The notes: generated by a model from the sequence alone, not told the origin. Counted from the first letter of the stretch, positions 18,236 to 27,605 are shown. The stretch: 42,137 bases of DNA from Bdellovibrionota bacterium (GCA_044356215.1 JBIKWQ010000026.1:1-42137); one strand, 5' to 3'. Numbers and translations are program-made.

Positions 18236-21200
18236 CTAATGACCTGAACCTAGAGATTTCGAGAGGGCTTCTAGTACCTCATTCAAGGTCTTTATACTCG
18301 GGGATTCAGCATCCAATCCCTTATCGACCTCTCTTGCTATTGCGTCTTTAATGGCAGCATGCTCTCTTTTCATAGTCTCTCTCATCTCTCGAGATAATTT
18401 GTCATTTGCCTTAAGCCAATCATCGATCTTTGCCTTAATCTCCTGAGCCAAACGTGACGCGCCCCCATCTACGAGCAAGCCCGGTTTAGTAGGGCCAGAT
18501 TCCAAATTAAGCGGGATCCCCACACTTTCGGCGATAAGATTTAAGTAGCACTCTAAAAGCTGTGGCGTCAGCCCCCCCTCCTTATAAATCCGAATCGGTG
18601 ATACGTAATCAGTAATCCGGCTCGCGCCCTTTCCCTTAATCGATTCAATCATCGTGCTGACGATCAAACTTGCATCGTCAATATTAGAGCGCGAATCCGC
18701 TACCTTTACCAATGCCGCCGCTACATCGTCGAACGGATAGCTGCGAGGAGAGCCATTCCTCAGGGCCTCTGTACCCAATTCCACGAAACTGATTAGCGAA
18801 TCCCTTATATCGATACCAGGCGAAACCTTTTCTAAAATCGTATTGAGTGATTCAAACACCCGCACAGAGAGCTCAGATGGATTCTCATCAGCGATCGATC
18901 CGGCTAGTCTAAGGAGGACTTCTAGTGTATCTCCAGCGACTGGCACGCCCGAATCAATCAGTCCTTTTAGATAGACTCGCTTCGCTAACTCTGACCTTTC
19001 GGGATCTTTTAGGCGCGCTTTTATCTCCTCTGCCAAATCATTCGCGTGTCCCTTTACATTTAGGCCCACCAGCGCGCTCATCACAGACTCATAGGCCCCA
19101 AGCCTCCGCTGGTTTCCAGCGATCAGATTCATCATTTTCCCCTCAATACCTATTAAATCCAGGTTGGGAGGGATTTCTTCCTGTGACGCCATTATTTTAA
19201 GCGATTCAGCTGTCGCGCTGAAAAGCTCGAATTTATCATCCCCTTCACAAGATTTAGCGACTTCCAAAACGGCCTCAAAGCTCTCTTTCGTGACAGGTAG
19301 GATCTCAAGTCCCGTTAAATATATATTTTTGAACATTGAACTTATGTTCGAGTCACTCATGCGCTGGATTAGTTTTTCAGGTAAGTCCTTAAGGTGTCCG
19401 TTCGCATAAAGAAGCGATAGTGTTCTCATCGCTAGGATGTCACAGCCTCGCGTGTCCTTTTCGCCTTTGATCAGCTCAAAGAGCTGCAGCTCGCTATCTG
19501 ATATAACTAGCCCTTCAGGGAGCCGACCAGATATGTAGAAAAGAGCACTGTGAATTCTATAAGCTAACGGATCCTGACTGCTATTTGACGAGCGCTTCGC
19601 CTCCTCTACGACAAAACGGAAAATATCCTCCGTAGCTGGCAACTTGCTTAGTCCGGAAAAATACACACTTTTGGCGGCGTTGCTTTCCTTCGGATTAGCG
19701 ATCCTTTGCATAAGCTTATCGCTCAGCCCAGCTAATCCGCCAATTTTTGCGAGATGCACCAACGTAGCTACAGCGGATATACTAACGACCTCCGTATCTT
19801 CCTCTTTTGATATCAAATCAAATAACTTTGACTCGATCTTATGGGCCTGCTCCTGAACATCAAATCCCTCTGGTACCCAGCCAAATAGCTCAATTATTTT
19901 TGTTATTCCTAGCTGTCCAGAATTTAGGGCCGTTATGGCGCTATCCAAAATATTGGGAGTCACCACTCGCCTGTAAATCTCGCTCTCCCAGATCTTTCTA
20001 TCTCTCGAAACCTCTCCATTCTTTAGAAGTTCCGCCAAAGTACTGTCTAATAACGAAACTATATGCTCCCTATCCAAGTCATCACGACTCGCTAATATAT
20101 CACTTAAAATTTTTAGGGCTTCTCCGCGAAGATCGTCCGGCGTTGATGGAGTTATTAACGCGGCTATGATGGATGCGCTCGGTCCTTTAGCCTTTACTTC
20201 TCCAAGGTTAAAAATTTTTATAACTTCAGCCAGCAAGTAGTAATCCTCACGGTTTATCCGCGAGCAATCGACATTCGACATCTGGTCTAACAACGAACTC
20301 TCACCTACAGACATCGCCGGAAGGACCTTAAATAAATTTCTAACAAGCTCGACCAGGGCTGGGTCATCGCCACAGCCGCCGAGGATTCCTGGCAGATCCG
20401 AAGCTAAAGATCGAAACCATCTCTCGCTAACTTCCTCACGACCAGATACATATTCCCACAGCCTCCCCATACCGAGATTATTTAATCTGGGATTTAACTC
20501 ACTTTCGGCTATTTTTGCGGCCGCTGTTCCAGGATTTTTAAGAGTGATGGTCGCCAAACCTAGGACGAACTCTCCCGCTCCGATCTTGCCGGTTGTGTAA
20601 TCTCTCTCTATCACTGCCAGTTCTTGGGCGGCTCGGCCTTCTATCAGATCGGTGAAGTTAGTCCGCGCGGCTATCTCCTCTCTATTCGCAGCTCTCGCGA
20701 CCGCTCTAGCGGCTTCTCCTGGAGTGCTCAACTGAAAACCGCCACGTGTCTGATGTATCGCCGGGCTTTCAATCGCTTGCAACAAATCAGCGTAATGCAG
20801 CTTCCCTCGGGATTCAGCTCTCCTATCATCACCGGGTAATTTAAAAAACGGCTTATCTTCGGCGCTGTGTAAGATCGGCCACTCCTGGCGAGCCCATCCG
20901 ACTACTGAATCATAATCTGTAGGCAGCTCGGTGATTTTTAAAGCAGCTTTTAGTTTATTCACTTCTTCGTGAAGCCTGATTAATTTCTCACAAGACTCTC
21001 TTTGTTCTCGAGGTAACGTGACGACCAACTGACTTTGGGAATGGGCGTTAGGCATTCCCGCTATCACCGGCAACGCAGACCTAACAAACCTCGCCGGAGC
21101 TTCAGCTATAATCTCGCCCTTTTTCTGCGATGACATAACTCCTGGCGCGAGAAATCTTTTGACCACCTGCCTAATAAACGCATCTCCACTGAGGGGATCT

Positions 21201-21982
21201 CTCTTAGCTTCATTCTCTACGGCATGCCAAACTGATAAGAGCCCTGCCTTGCTAATCTCGCTTTCTCCCGGACCTTTGCCTATTAGGAGCCACAAAGAAT
21301 CTTTCAGTAAAGTCTCGTGATCTTGATTAGTCGCGTCAGCTCCCAAGGCGTCTAGCGCCGCTTTAGAGTAACGTGCTAGCTCACCTATGCTTCCGCTCTT
21401 TCCATCAGGAATAAGTTTTAAAAGATGTTCGTATACAGAACGCTCATGCGGATTATCCGAGAGCGCTTTTTCAAGCAACGACGCCGTCTTCTGGACGGAA
21501 GCTCTTCCATCAAGGGAGGCTGACGCGAGTGACTTGAATAATCTCTCGCTAAGCTGAGGCCCTGGCCCACCCGCATTTCGGTTTGTCAGGAGGTGCTCAG
21601 CAACAATCGCTTTTGAGCCTGGGTCGAGAAGATCGAGAAATACAGTGGCAGCCAGCGGCTTGGTGGCATCTGAGATCTTCTTCAAATCAATCGCTTCGCT
21701 GATCTTTTCAAGAGCGCGCCTAGCAACTGACGCATCGGTCCGATTGCTCCCCTGAGATAAGAGCAATAAAAAGTCGCGAAGTTGTCCCTCCGCCTCTCCT
21801 GCTTCAACCTTTGGGCCGCCATCTTGGGCCGCGGCTGTGTTGGCTTGTGACCCCGTGCTCAAAACAGCACTTAGAGTCGGAATGGTTAGCCCGCCTAATC
21901 CAGCAATTAACCCAAAGAGAGTTGTTGCCGCCGAATTTCTAGATTTACTGACCAAAACAGCACCTGAGACGAATACTATCAA
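18236..21982 (-). CDS. Large alpha-helical (HEAT/ARM-like) protein with N-terminal hydrophobic segment and three ~115-aa tandem repeats
   Basis: 1248-aa ORF with Leu/Ile/Glu/Lys-rich amphipathic patterns; internal repeats visible; start uncertain. Confidence 0.65.
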   Translation of the reverse strand: MIVFVSGAVLVSKSRNSAATTLFGLIAGLGGLTIPTLSAVLSTGSQANTAAAQDGGPKVEAGEAEGQLRDFLLLLSQGSNRTDASVARRALEKISEAIDLKKISDATKPLAATVFLDLLDPGSKAIVAEHLLTNRNAGGPGPQLSERLFKSLASASLDGRASVQKTASLLEKALSDNPHERSVYEHLLKLIPDGKSGSIGELARYSKAALDALGADATNQDHETLLKDSLWLLIGKGPGESEISKAGLLSVWHAVENEAKRDPLSGDAFIRQVVKRFLAPGVMSSQKKGEIIAEAPARFVRSALPVIAGMPNAHSQSQLVVTLPREQRESCEKLIRLHEEVNKLKAALKITELPTDYDSVVGWARQEWPILHSAEDKPFFKLPGDDRRAESRGKLHYADLLQAIESPAIHQTRGGFQLSTPGEAARAVARAANREEIAARTNFTDLIEGRAAQELAVIERDYTTGKIGAGEFVLGLATITLKNPGTAAAKIAESELNPRLNNLGMGRLWEYVSGREEVSERWFRSLASDLPGILGGCGDDPALVELVRNLFKVLPAMSVGESSLLDQMSNVDCSRINREDYYLLAEVIKIFNLGEVKAKGPSASIIAALITPSTPDDLRGEALKILSDILASRDDLDREHIVSLLDSTLAELLKNGEVSRDRKIWESEIYRRVVTPNILDSAITALNSGQLGITKIIELFGWVPEGFDVQEQAHKIESKLFDLISKEEDTEVVSISAVATLVHLAKIGGLAGLSDKLMQRIANPKESNAAKSVYFSGLSKLPATEDIFRFVVEEAKRSSNSSQDPLAYRIHSALFYISGRLPEGLVISDSELQLFELIKGEKDTRGCDILAMRTLSLLYANGHLKDLPEKLIQRMSDSNISSMFKNIYLTGLEILPVTKESFEAVLEVAKSCEGDDKFELFSATAESLKIMASQEEIPPNLDLIGIEGKMMNLIAGNQRRLGAYESVMSALVGLNVKGHANDLAEEIKARLKDPERSELAKRVYLKGLIDSGVPVAGDTLEVLLRLAGSIADENPSELSVRVFESLNTILEKVSPGIDIRDSLISFVELGTEALRNGSPRSYPFDDVAAALVKVADSRSNIDDASLIVSTMIESIKGKGASRITDYVSPIRIYKEGGLTPQLLECYLNLIAESVGIPLNLESGPTKPGLLVDGGASRLAQEIKAKIDDWLKANDKLSREMRETMKREHAAIKDAIAREVDKGLDAESPSIKTLNEVLEALSKSLGSGH

Positions 21983-22110
21983 TGCTATTTATCAAGTTAA
22001 AAAAAGTATATGGACCAGCAACTGCTCATTTTAGGTTCAAGGAGGTACCCAAGGATAACTTGATGCTAAGGTACTAGACCTTCATTCCTCCACGACGGGA
22101 TTCAGTGATC

Positions 22111-23355
22111 CTACTTTGTTGTTCCTGACATTACTTTTTTAAAGTCATGATGTCCTTCTGGGTTGACCATTCGTAAAACTTGCGCTTTACCTCCGGGATT
22201 CCAAGACGTGACAACCATGAACAATTCTAGCTGCCCAGATGAACCCTTAGCTAAGAACATAACTGCATCGTGAATATGCTGTGTAGTTGGATTCGGACCC
22301 TCAAGATCTTGAGGTTTAACCAGCGACCTAACCTTTTTGTCTGCGCCGATAATAGCTACCGCTCCGGGGCTACCTTGTGGTCCTCTTAGAAGTGGCACAC
22401 ACTCAAAATACTCCCTTTGCCCCGGAGTCGCGCCAGGTGTTTCCACCCCCGTAGAATCGCACGGAAGCACACCCGAGCCGATGTCGATACGGTCAACAAC
22501 TGCCCCTAAAGGGTCAGCAAGAGAGCGCACCTCGATAATGCCAGCTGCTCTCTGAGACACCTTTAAATGTTGAGGCAGCCAGGATGTGGTTATCCCGTGA
22601 GCGGTCTGGGATTGCCCGTTTACTGAAACATCAAAGAAGGCAGTGTACTTTTCTAAGTGGCGATCATATATGTGCACACACGGTGGATGTCCATAACCGT
22701 TCGTGATGGCGATGAATCGCGGACCTCTCGGCTCTTGCTCGTTTAGATCCGTCGAATAAATAGCAACGTCCGTTGGCTTCCACGCCCCCTTAAAGTCAGG
22801 TGGCTGGGGAATAACGGTAACTTCCTCGCGTCCCAAATTACCAACAAAAACCCTGCCGCCACCGTCATCAGCGATAGCGAACATGGGATACGGCCCCTCA
22901 AAAAAGATCTCTCCACCGTGCAGGTTGAAGCCGCCGGCCGGGAATTGAGGAGTCAATCTTACAGGAGTCCCCCATATCCCCGGATTAGCCACTGAATATC
23001 CGATCAGGCCGTAATTTCCGAGGCCCCATACTATTGTTCCGTCAGGCAGAGCCATAACGGTTCCATGTGCGGCTTTTAGGGTTTCTTGCTTTAAGTCAGC
23101 CGGGATGTCTAACTCCTGAACCATCTGGAATGCCATCATACCCTGGCCCGTTATAGGCTTGCCTGGATCAGCTTTAGGAGTATGGAAACCGAATTTTTTG
23201 TCGACGCCGAAAGGTGTCACATTGAGACCGTTCACGTTGACACCATGGGGGCCATCATGCCCAAAACTTTTTGGCACAGAAACCATCGCCAATGCGCTTA
23301 AAGCCCCACTTAAAAAACCCCTGCGATCAATCGCTCCTGGTCCTTGGAAACTCAT
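22111..23355 (-). CDS. Tat-exported NHL-repeat-like beta-propeller protein
   Basis: DRRGFL twin-arginine signal; KPTDVAI, TNGYG and TAHGI resemble NHL blades; several His-Gly motifs. Confidence 0.6.
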   Translation of the reverse strand: MSFQGPGAIDRRGFLSGALSALAMVSVPKSFGHDGPHGVNVNGLNVTPFGVDKKFGFHTPKADPGKPITGQGMMAFQMVQELDIPADLKQETLKAAHGTVMALPDGTIVWGLGNYGLIGYSVANPGIWGTPVRLTPQFPAGGFNLHGGEIFFEGPYPMFAIADDGGGRVFVGNLGREEVTVIPQPPDFKGAWKPTDVAIYSTDLNEQEPRGPRFIAITNGYGHPPCVHIYDRHLEKYTAFFDVSVNGQSQTAHGITTSWLPQHLKVSQRAAGIIEVRSLADPLGAVVDRIDIGSGVLPCDSTGVETPGATPGQREYFECVPLLRGPQGSPGAVAIIGADKKVRSLVKPQDLEGPNPTTQHIHDAVMFLAKGSSGQLELFMVVTSWNPGGKAQVLRMVNPEGHHDFKKVMSGTTK

Positions 23356-23546
23356 ATCTCCCCCAAAACTATTCTCAAATAAAAAAGTGTTCGAGCACGT
23401 TATTCGATTCAGACACGATATTCAAGTTTATCTTGATAAATTTCCGAGTGGTTTTACTTTTTCCCTAAAAGAGCCGCAGACCAGGGTGAATAACTGCCCA
23501 ACTGTTTTTAGTTTCAGCTCTAGAACCAATTCGAACTATTTCGATC

Positions 23547-23752
23547 ATCGTCGAAAGAACGGTCAATGAGGATGAAAGTAGTGCAGCCCCTTTAAAGCAC
23601 GAGGGATTCTGAAGTTTTCAGGGGCGCAACCCTTGCACGACTCACCAAAGGCAGTTGAGCCGAGCTCACGGCGAAGTTCCCGAAATTTAAAAGCCGCAGT
23701 TATTTCGCGCACCTAGACTATTTTCAGCCTTCTTAACTGTTCTTTCTAGGAT
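23547..23752. repeat. Family B palindromic element, degenerate copy 2
   Basis: Shares GAGGATGAAA, GGCGCAACCCT.GCACGACTC, GAGCTCAC..CGAAGT, AAAAGCCGCAGT and AACTGTT...TAGGAT with 17150-17365. Confidence 0.75.
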
Positions 23753-23762
23753 CAAACAAGCG

Positions 23763-23963
23763 CTACATCTTCCATACAAAAACCTCTCTAGCCCCGTCTT
23801 TTTGAAAAGCTTTCATCGTGCGCTGCATCTCGATTACACGTTTAATTTTCTCCTCAAACGGTAAAGCGATTAACTCGCGTCGCAGCGCCATTTTAGCATT
23901 AAGAATGCTCTGCGGCGGAGCCCCATCTATGGGAAGACTATCTCGCTTCTTATCTTCTGCCAT
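23763..23963 (-). CDS. Small protein, paralog of 24863-25063 (candidate antitoxin)
   Basis: 60 of 66 aa identical to 24863-25063; most nucleotide differences are synonymous. Confidence 0.75.
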   Translation of the reverse strand: MAEDKKRDSLPIDGAPPQSILNAKMALRRELIALPFEEKIKRVIEMQRTMKAFQKDGAREVFVWKM

Positions 23964-24102
23964 CTCTCATCCAATTTAAATTTAGCTATACAGTCGTAAA
24001 AGGCTCAAAGTAATAGATCAGGGCTGTCGCTCCACCGAGCGCATAATCAGATATAAGACCAGTGCGCCTCATCTCCTCGATTATAGTTAGAAGCTCTTTC
24101 AT
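23927..24102 (-). pseudogene. Nucleotidyltransferase paralog with 340-bp internal deletion
   Basis: Aligns to 25027-25542 but lacks 25090-25429; reads MKELLTIIEEMRRTGLISDYALGGATALIYYFEPFTTV then stop. Confidence 0.9.
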
Positions 24103-24134
24103 CGGACTGAATACCTTAAACAGCTGACGTATTT

Positions 24135-24193
24135 AAAATTTAACGCTACGGACCCAAAGCACCCAACGGAAGAGAGCCTTGGCGACACTGAGG
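24135..24193. repeat. Degenerate family C REP-like repeat upstream of the NTase pseudogene
   Basis: AAAATTTT..GGACCCAAAG..GGAAGAGAGCCTTGGCGACACTGAGG matches 17978-18040. Confidence 0.65.
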
Positions 24194-24297
24194 TACATCC
24201 CCCGGCAGTGAAATTATTTCTCGGATCCCCTGCACAATATCGCTAGCTGTAGTCTTCGGTTGACCAGGAGGTCAACCCTCCAAGGATTCAGGATCTG

Positions 24298-24861
24298 TCA
24301 TGCCGAATGCCTGCCATCTAGCCGACCCGGCAACTTAAGCGCCCCACCAACGATCGACTCGCCGCGTTCTTTTAAACTCGCTAGCTCACGGGCTTCATGT
24401 TGCTCTAGCTTTATTCTCTCCTCAGTGCCTCTGGTAGTTATGTATGTAGCCCCGAGGAACTCCAATTGAAGATCAGGAAAAACACGCGAGAAGATAAATC
24501 TTACACGCTCAAGATGAAAATCAGAGGAGATAATCACTAAGTGCTTGGCTCCGTAACGATCAACTATTGGCCGAGATTTCAGCGCGTCGTCTACAGTATT
24601 AACACTCTCAGCAAACTCAACTATATCATCAGCCGGCACGCCGTTAGATATCAGTATCTCACGCGCATAATAAGCGTTTGGCTCACTCGTCTTGTTAAAA
24701 TGCTCGCCGAAGCCTCCGGTCAGAAGTATGCGATAACCAGAGGGCGCGAGTCGCTGATAAGTCTCGTATCCCAAAGCGACCCGCCCCTGTCCCATCTCAG
24801 AGAGTTTCCCATCCTGATCGTTGGGTGAGCCTAGAATTATTATTAGGCCTGGGAGTGGCAT
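24298..24861 (-). CDS. YdcF/DUF218 family protein
   Basis: IIILGS, ILLTGG.G, GVP..DI, S.NT..DA, VIISSDFHLERV. Confidence 0.85.
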   Translation of the reverse strand: MPLPGLIIILGSPNDQDGKLSEMGQGRVALGYETYQRLAPSGYRILLTGGFGEHFNKTSEPNAYYAREILISNGVPADDIVEFAESVNTVDDALKSRPIVDRYGAKHLVIISSDFHLERVRFIFSRVFPDLQLEFLGATYITTRGTEERIKLEQHEARELASLKERGESIVGGALKLPGRLDGRHSA

Positions 24862-24862
24862 T

Positions 24863-25063
24863 CTAGATCTTCCAGACAAAAACCTCTCTATCCCCGTCTT
24901 TTCGAAGAGCTTTCATCGTGCGCTGCATCTCTATGACACGTTTGATCTTTTCCTCAAAAGGCAAAGCGATCAACTCGCGTCGCAGCGCCATTTTAGCATC
25001 AAGAAAGCTCTGCGGCGGAGCCCCATCTATGGGAAGACTATCTCGCTTCTTATCTTCTGCCAT
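24863..25063 (-). CDS. Small protein overlapping the NTase 3' end (candidate antitoxin)
   Basis: 66 aa, K..RR.L.ALPFEEKI motif; overlaps 25027-25542 by 37 nt; conserved in the duplicate. Confidence 0.7.
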   Translation of the reverse strand: MAEDKKRDSLPIDGAPPQSFLDAKMALRRELIALPFEEKIKRVIEMQRTMKALRKDGDREVFVWKI

Positions 25064-25542
25064 CTCTCATCCAATTTATACTTAGATATTAAGCTCTCAA
25101 GGAAATCTCTTTTGAAGAGCCCAGGGAATTTAGCTAGCTCCTCAAGACGAGCCTTGTCTTTTGCCCTGCCTGTCTGAACCATTATCGCCATCAAATATTC
25201 CAAAGGCGGTATCCGACAGGGGGTTCCAGAAAAATTAACAACCTGCGCGGCTTTGACCGACTCCTCCACCAGCTGGTTATAGGGGACCAAGAATTGAACA
25301 GGGATCCCACCAACCAAAACATATTCGTTTCGTGCAACGACTCCCCGCGCCGACAGAAACGAGTATATGGGTGCAAGATTTACAAGAGTTCCCTCCTGAT
25401 TACTGAGAACCACGAAGACATCCACATCAACAGTCGTAAAAGGCTCAAAGTAATAGATCAGGGCTGTTGCTCCACCGAGCGCATAATCAGATATAAGACC
25501 AGTGCGCCTCATCTCCTCGATTACAGTTAGAAGCTCTTTCAT
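25027..25542 (-). CDS. Pol-beta superfamily nucleotidyltransferase (AbiEii/MNT-like)
   Basis: YALGGATAL...T.DVDVFV (GG plus DxD) and C-terminal GRAKD motif. Confidence 0.75.
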   Translation of the reverse strand: MKELLTVIEEMRRTGLISDYALGGATALIYYFEPFTTVDVDVFVVLSNQEGTLVNLAPIYSFLSARGVVARNEYVLVGGIPVQFLVPYNQLVEESVKAAQVVNFSGTPCRIPPLEYLMAIMVQTGRAKDKARLEELAKFPGLFKRDFLESLISKYKLDERWQKIRSEIVFP

Positions 25543-25574
25543 CGGACTGAATACCTTAAACCACTGAACTTCTT

Positions 25575-25624
25575 AAAATTTTACCACAAAGGACACAAAG
25601 GACGCAAAGAAATAAGCCTCGCGA
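25575..25624. repeat. Family C REP-like repeat interrupted by a MITE
   Basis: AAAATTTTACCACAAAGGACACAAAGGACGCAAAG...GCCTCGCGA[MITE]...CACTG. Confidence 0.65.
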
Positions 25625-25787
25625 TAGGGCGTCGCAGTTCTTTATCACCACAGAGGACGCAGAGGACACAGAGAACGGCCATTTTATGGGCAATTATGGG
25701 GTTTTCTCTGTGTCCTCTGCATCCTCTATGGTAAAAAATATTTTACTAATTGTCTCAGCAGCTTACCAAAAACACTGCGACGCCCTG
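25625..25787 (+). mobile_element. 163-bp MITE, full copy
   Basis: TIR TAGGGCGTCGCAGT / ACTGCGACGCCCTG; 9-bp TSD GCCTCGCGA at 25616-25624 and 25788-25796. Confidence 0.9.
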
Positions 25788-25812
25788 GCCTCGCGACACT
25801 GGTGGAAACGCT

Positions 25813-26148
25813 CTAATACAACCTAGCCCCATTAGGCACCTTAGCATCCGGCGCTATCAGCACCACGTTACCGGCCTCGTCTGGCACTCCAGTTGTCAAA
25901 CACTCAGAGAAGAAATTAGCGATCTGTTTCTTGGGGAAGTTTACCACGGCTAATACCTGCCTCCCCAACAACTCCTCTTTGGTGTAGTTGACCGTAATCT
26001 GCGCGCTTGATTGACGGATGCCTAGCTCTCCGAAGTCGATCTTTAACTGATAAGCGGGTTTGCGCGCCTTTGGAAAATCATCCACCGCTATTATCGTGCC
26101 GACACGGATATCGACTTTTTCAAAATCATTCCAGGTTATCTCGTTCAT
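25813..26148 (-). CDS. csaA: CsaA-like tRNA-binding protein / export chaperone
   Basis: DFEKVDIRVGTI, ARKPAY, SSAQIT..Y, VVNFPKKQIA.F.SECL; start at 26148 or 26172. Confidence 0.88.
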   Translation of the reverse strand: MNEITWNDFEKVDIRVGTIIAVDDFPKARKPAYQLKIDFGELGIRQSSAQITVNYTKEELLGRQVLAVVNFPKKQIANFFSECLTTGVPDEAGNVVLIAPDAKVPNGARLY

Positions 26149-26192
26149 GTTGTGCGTATCCTCAGCTTTCATTTAATAGTATTAAACAGGAT

Positions 26193-26222
26193 TTGACAAA
26201 TATATCTAATCCGAGATACTCT
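26193..26222 (+). promoter_or_regulatory. sigma70-like promoter of the TA operon with small palindrome, possibly leaderless
   Basis: TTGACA-N18-TACTCT ending 7 nt before the ATG; TATCT-N6-AGATA inverted repeat in the spacer. Confidence 0.55.
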
Positions 26223-26229
26223 TATAAAT

Positions 26230-26574
26230 ATGCAGAGTAAGCCTCTATTGCTCTTAAGTGGAGAGATAAAGTCACCACCTTTTTCGGATGAAGCTCGCCG
26301 TAAAGCGGGATTCCTGCTGCGAATGTTACAACGAGGTGAATTGCTATCGATGCCTGACTCCAGGCCGATGCCGACCATTGGTCCGAGATGTCATGAGATC
26401 CGAGTCACCGACCTGAAAGCGCAAGTAACATGGAGAATCATGTATAGATTAGATTCAGACGCCGTAGTTATAGCTGAGGTCTTCGCGAAGAAAACTCAAA
26501 AGACCCCCGCTGATGTGATTTGGAGATGCAAAGCTAGATTAAAGAGATACGATCAGGAGAGGAAATGGCTATGA
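26230..26574 (+). CDS. RelE/HigB-like toxin (phage Gp49-like)
   Basis: LSMPDSRPMPTIGPRCHEIRV, WRIMYR.D.DAVVIAEVFAKKTQKTP. Confidence 0.9.
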   Translation: MQSKPLLLLSGEIKSPPFSDEARRKAGFLLRMLQRGELLSMPDSRPMPTIGPRCHEIRVTDLKAQVTWRIMYRLDSDAVVIAEVFAKKTQKTPADVIWRCKARLKRYDQERKWL

Positions 26575-26894
26575 AAAAGGCAAAACGGGATCAACTCGCT
26601 AAAAGGGGCTATAAGATCACCAGCGCTCAGGAGTTTCTTGGTCTTTCTGACGAAGAAATAGCGGTGATCGACCTGAAAATTAATCTTATAAACATGCTGA
26701 GAGAGGCCAGAAAAGCCACAGGTGTAACGCAGAAACAGCTGGCGCGTCTTATGAGGTCCAGTCAGTCACGCGTTGCTATGCTAGAGAGCGGATCCTCAGA
26801 CGCCAGCTTAGAGCTAATCTGCAGAGCTCTATTCACGTTAGGCATATCCGCAAAGCAGCTGGGAAAGACCATTTCTGCTATCAGGGCAGCATAG
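26571..26894 (+). CDS. HigA-like XRE/HTH antitoxin
   Basis: EFLGLSDEE, TQKQLA....SSQSRVA.LE.G; directly follows the toxin (start 26571 or 26565). Confidence 0.88.
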   Translation: MKKAKRDQLAKRGYKITSAQEFLGLSDEEIAVIDLKINLINMLREARKATGVTQKQLARLMRSSQSRVAMLESGSSDASLELICRALFTLGISAKQLGKTISAIRAA

Positions 26895-26980
26895 ATATCA
26901 CGAAATCGCGTCGAGTATTTGAATGCCACACATCTTTACCTCCACGCTGCAGCTCCGTCCTCCCCGGTTACCACCTACCC

Positions 26981-27436
26981 CTACCTCCTACGCGACAAAG
27001 CAACAGTCACCTGCTCTGTCTGCGGCGGACAACACTTCTCTGGGGCCAGACACGCGGTCTGTTTACCACTTAACTTCACAATCACCTCGTTATTGCTAAC
27101 ACTTGCCGAACTCAACGCGAACTGAGTCGCGTATTCAAGTTGATGCTCAAGCTCCACCGGTAGATCCTCTTCTCCCAACAAAGGGCTCGCCTTGTCGATG
27201 ATCGACAGAAGCTTCCCCGCCTGCAGACGGTGGTCGATATCATCAGCAACCCATGACTGTAACAGGCAGTACGAAGAGTGGCGCACTGTTCCGCCGCAAT
27301 CGATAAAAGATTTGGTGATTAATCCTACCTCTGTGATGTGAGCATGCGGCGCGCTAAGCGTCCCATCAGGGAGACTAAAACGCACCAGCGCCTCGGGCGC
27401 GCTTGACAAGACTGCTTTTAATTCGGAGATCTTCAT
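26981..27436 (-). CDS. DUF6428-like Cys/His-rich protein
   Basis: HAHITEVG....FIDCGG, LQSWVA.D..HRL...KL..I, KQTACLA.EKC. Confidence 0.7.
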   Translation of the reverse strand: MKISELKAVLSSAPEALVRFSLPDGTLSAPHAHITEVGLITKSFIDCGGTVRHSSYCLLQSWVADDIDHRLQAGKLLSIIDKASPLLGEEDLPVELEHQLEYATQFALSSASVSNNEVIVKLSGKQTACLAPEKCCPPQTEQVTVALSRRR

Positions 27437-27605
27437 GGCAGGATCCTTTATCTAGACTTTGGAGATTGCACGATGAGATATTCTATCCTAGTGGCGCTAT
27501 TTGTCATCACCCTGCCCATTTGTAGAAACTCCGTCTTCGGACATTTCGACATAGTCACCGAGTCCGGAGATCAGCTCTTTAAGTTGCCGGTGGTTCTGCG
27601 ACAAG

